Source: Bdellovibrionota bacterium (GTDB lineage: Bacteria; Bdellovibrionota_C; UBA2361; OMII01). From it: 18,831 nt of DNA. Made by a program: the position numbers and the translations under genes. Location: the NCBI GenBank assembly GCA_044345405.1, contig JBIJBE010000057.1, forward strand, positions 1-18,831, in the 5' to 3' direction. Below, one piece after another: positions 16,707 through 18,831 of this stretch. The first letter of the stretch is position 1; every line of letters starts with the position of its first letter. The notes under the pieces are model-generated. The model searched no databases. It saw only the letters and a program-made list of their open reading frames with translations, and was not told the DNA's origin.

Positions 16707-16745
16707 CGCAACTAGGTTGCAAGTGATGGTTTGGTGGGATAGGCT
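16707..16745 (+). promoter_or_regulatory. Putative sigma70 promoter of the TonB-dependent receptor with a palindromic (Fur/Zur-family-like) operator over the -35
   Basis: -35 TTGCAA (16717-16722), 17-nt spacer, -10 TAGGCT (16740-16745). The palindrome cGCAAC-TAG-GTTGCa at 16707-16721 overlaps the -35. A weaker copy TGAAAT-CAG-GTTGCA lies at 16663-16677. Confidence 0.55.
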
Positions 16746-16790
16746 GCCCCCGGTCCGCGGACTTGAAAGTTATGAAGGTACTTTAAGGCT

Positions 16791-18821
16791 ATGAAGTGTT
16801 TCTCTCATCATCACCGTTCAGCGATCCTTGTCGCCATGCTCTCTCTCGGGTCGTTCTCCGCGTACGCCGAGGACACGGCACATCGTCTCGACGAGATCAT
16901 CGTTGAATCGACAGGCCTCGGGCAGACCCTTACGGATCAGGCTCAGCCCGTCACCGTCCTGTCTGGTGATGACCTCGACATGAAGGTGAATTCCTCTCTG
17001 GGAGATACGTTGGGATCGGAGGCCGGTATCTCGTCAAGCTCCTTTGGTCCTGGGGCTGGACGACCGGTCATTCGAGGTCTCGATGGTGGTCGCATTCGCG
17101 TTCTCGAAAACGGCGTGGGATCGAACGACCTCTCGGCGAGCAGTCCGGACCATGCCGTCACCATCGATTCGTCGTTGGTGGACAAAATTGAGGTTGTGCG
17201 GGGTCCCGCATCGCTCCTCTACGGTACAAGCGCTGTCGGAGGTATCGTGAATACCTTTGATAACCGTATTCCGGAATACCTTCCCGACGCCCCGGCGGAA
17301 GGAACCGCGGAGACGCGAGGAGATAGCGCGAGTAAAACCCGAACGGGACTTGTAAGTGTCACTGCCCCCGTTGGTAATGTCGCGCTTCACGTCGACGCGT
17401 TGGCCTCAAAGTCAGATGACTATCACATCCCTGGCTACGCTCGAACGGGCGAACTACGAGCAACGACCCCAATCGATTATCCCGAACCACAGGGCACCCT
17501 CTCATGGAGTGATACACAGACCGATGTCCTAACCGGAGGAGGTTCTTATATCTTCGATAAAGGATACGTCGGCGCTTCATACAACGACTACAAAACGATC
17601 TATGGTGTCCCGAACGGAGAGCCCGACATCTCCATCAACGCCCACCGTCGTCGCGCTGATTTCCGGGCGGGAGTTCGTGATACGGGTGAGTTTATCGAGT
17701 CGGGCACAGTTCGAGCGGGATACGTTGATTACCAGCATACCGAGTTCGAGGGGGATGAGGCGGCAACGAATTTCATGAATCATGGTATCGACTCGCGTGT
17801 TGACCTAAAGCACAAAGCGGTGAATGGCGTGCGAGGCACATGGGGCGCTCAATTTCAGGGCAACGACGTCGACGCGGAGGGTCTTGAGGCCTATCAGCCC
17901 CCCTCGACTACGGATGTGTATTCCTTGTTCGCGCTCGAGGAGCTCTCTGCGACTGAAGACCTCACCCTGCAAGCGGGCCTTCGATATGATTGGAATGAGG
18001 TCGAGACGGATGGTTTCGATGAAATCACGTCGCAAGACGATCAGACCCGTCGCTACGACCTTTTTAGTCAGTCTGTAGGAGCTACCTTTCAAGTATCCGA
18101 CGAGTACGCATTGGCGTGGTCGTCCGCGTACACTGAGCGCGCGCCCAACGCCCAAGAGCTTTTCGCGGATGGGCCTCACGTTGCTACGGGGGCGTACGAG
18201 ATCGGTGATGACTCTCTCAATACCGAGCAATCGCTTGGTACGGATATCGCGCTGCGAAAGACAGAGGGGACTATTCGAGGTTCCGTTGGAGGGTTTTACA
18301 ATCGCTTTTGGAACTTTATCAACGCGAATCCTACCGGCGCGACCGAGGATGACCTTCCTGTATACCAGTTCGAGAATATACCGGCCGATTTTTGGGGGTT
18401 TGAGTCTCAAGTAGCGTACTACGCGGTTGATTCGGTGGCGAAGGAGGTCTCCTTCGACTTTCAACCGGACTACGTATGGGCTCGAAATCGAGATTCTCGA
18501 GAGTATCTACCCCGAATTCCGCCGTTGCGAATGAAATTCGGCGCGAACTACTACCACGAAGATCTCTTCCGGGTTCGACTTGAGTTACAGCAGGTGTTTG
18601 AGCAGGAAAAAGTGGCTAGCTATGAGACCACAACGGATGGTTATTCGATGCTCAATCTCTACCTGAGCAAAGATGTGAACTATCAAGGTCAAACATATGA
18701 GTTGTTCGTTCGTGGCACGAACCTTCTCAGTGAGAAAGTGCGTAATCATGTGTCATATATCAAGGACGTCGCGCCACTCCCCGGAGCCTCCGCGATGGCT
18801 GGATTTCGAGTGCGGTTTTAA
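16791..18821 (+). CDS. TonB-dependent outer-membrane receptor, ZnuD-like (putative zinc/metal uptake)
   Basis: Signal peptide (AYA-E), TonB box LDEIIVES, plug motifs SSFGPGAGRPVIRGL, DHAV and IEVVRGPASLLYG, barrel motif ELFADGPHVATGAYEIG, NLL…RNHVS, C-terminal Phe (RVRF). Confidence 0.92.
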   Translation: MKCFSHHHRSAILVAMLSLGSFSAYAEDTAHRLDEIIVESTGLGQTLTDQAQPVTVLSGDDLDMKVNSSLGDTLGSEAGISSSSFGPGAGRPVIRGLDGGRIRVLENGVGSNDLSASSPDHAVTIDSSLVDKIEVVRGPASLLYGTSAVGGIVNTFDNRIPEYLPDAPAEGTAETRGDSASKTRTGLVSVTAPVGNVALHVDALASKSDDYHIPGYARTGELRATTPIDYPEPQGTLSWSDTQTDVLTGGGSYIFDKGYVGASYNDYKTIYGVPNGEPDISINAHRRRADFRAGVRDTGEFIESGTVRAGYVDYQHTEFEGDEAATNFMNHGIDSRVDLKHKAVNGVRGTWGAQFQGNDVDAEGLEAYQPPSTTDVYSLFALEELSATEDLTLQAGLRYDWNEVETDGFDEITSQDDQTRRYDLFSQSVGATFQVSDEYALAWSSAYTERAPNAQELFADGPHVATGAYEIGDDSLNTEQSLGTDIALRKTEGTIRGSVGGFYNRFWNFINANPTGATEDDLPVYQFENIPADFWGFESQVAYYAVDSVAKEVSFDFQPDYVWARNRDSREYLPRIPPLRMKFGANYYHEDLFRVRLELQQVFEQEKVASYETTTDGYSMLNLYLSKDVNYQGQTYELFVRGTNLLSEKVRNHVSYIKDVAPLPGASAMAGFRVRF

Positions 18822-18831
18822 CTCCGAGCGC

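Noticed and set aside
17805-18464. 219-aa antisense ORF inside the TonB receptor, and the other short nested ORFs in the track
   Set aside because: They are fully overlapped by well-supported genes and have non-protein-like composition.

Overview
This is a moderately GC-rich window from a diderm bacterium (lipoproteins and a TonB-dependent receptor are present). It has no rRNA, CRISPR array, intact tRNA or transposase. In order it contains: the 3' end of an upstream ORF, a stand-alone Hanks-type Ser/Thr kinase, a hypothetical protein and a DsbA-family lipoprotein. Next is a tightly spaced three-gene unit: a 560-aa all-helical coiled-coil protein, a ClpB-like AAA+ protein with a degenerate first ATPase module and intact second module, and a membrane-anchored Cys-containing protein. 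A TerC-family transporter follows, with a structured leader and a cluster of three REP-like palindromes at its 3' end. The rest is a glucose/alpha-glucan block (glk, GT4, GH57, GH63), a glycine-zipper lipoprotein, an orphan CheY and a ZnuD-like TonB-dependent receptor with a palindromic operator over its -35 element. The best candidate for an undescribed system is the three-gene unit at 2851-7578. All family calls come from motif recognition by eye; no database search was run.
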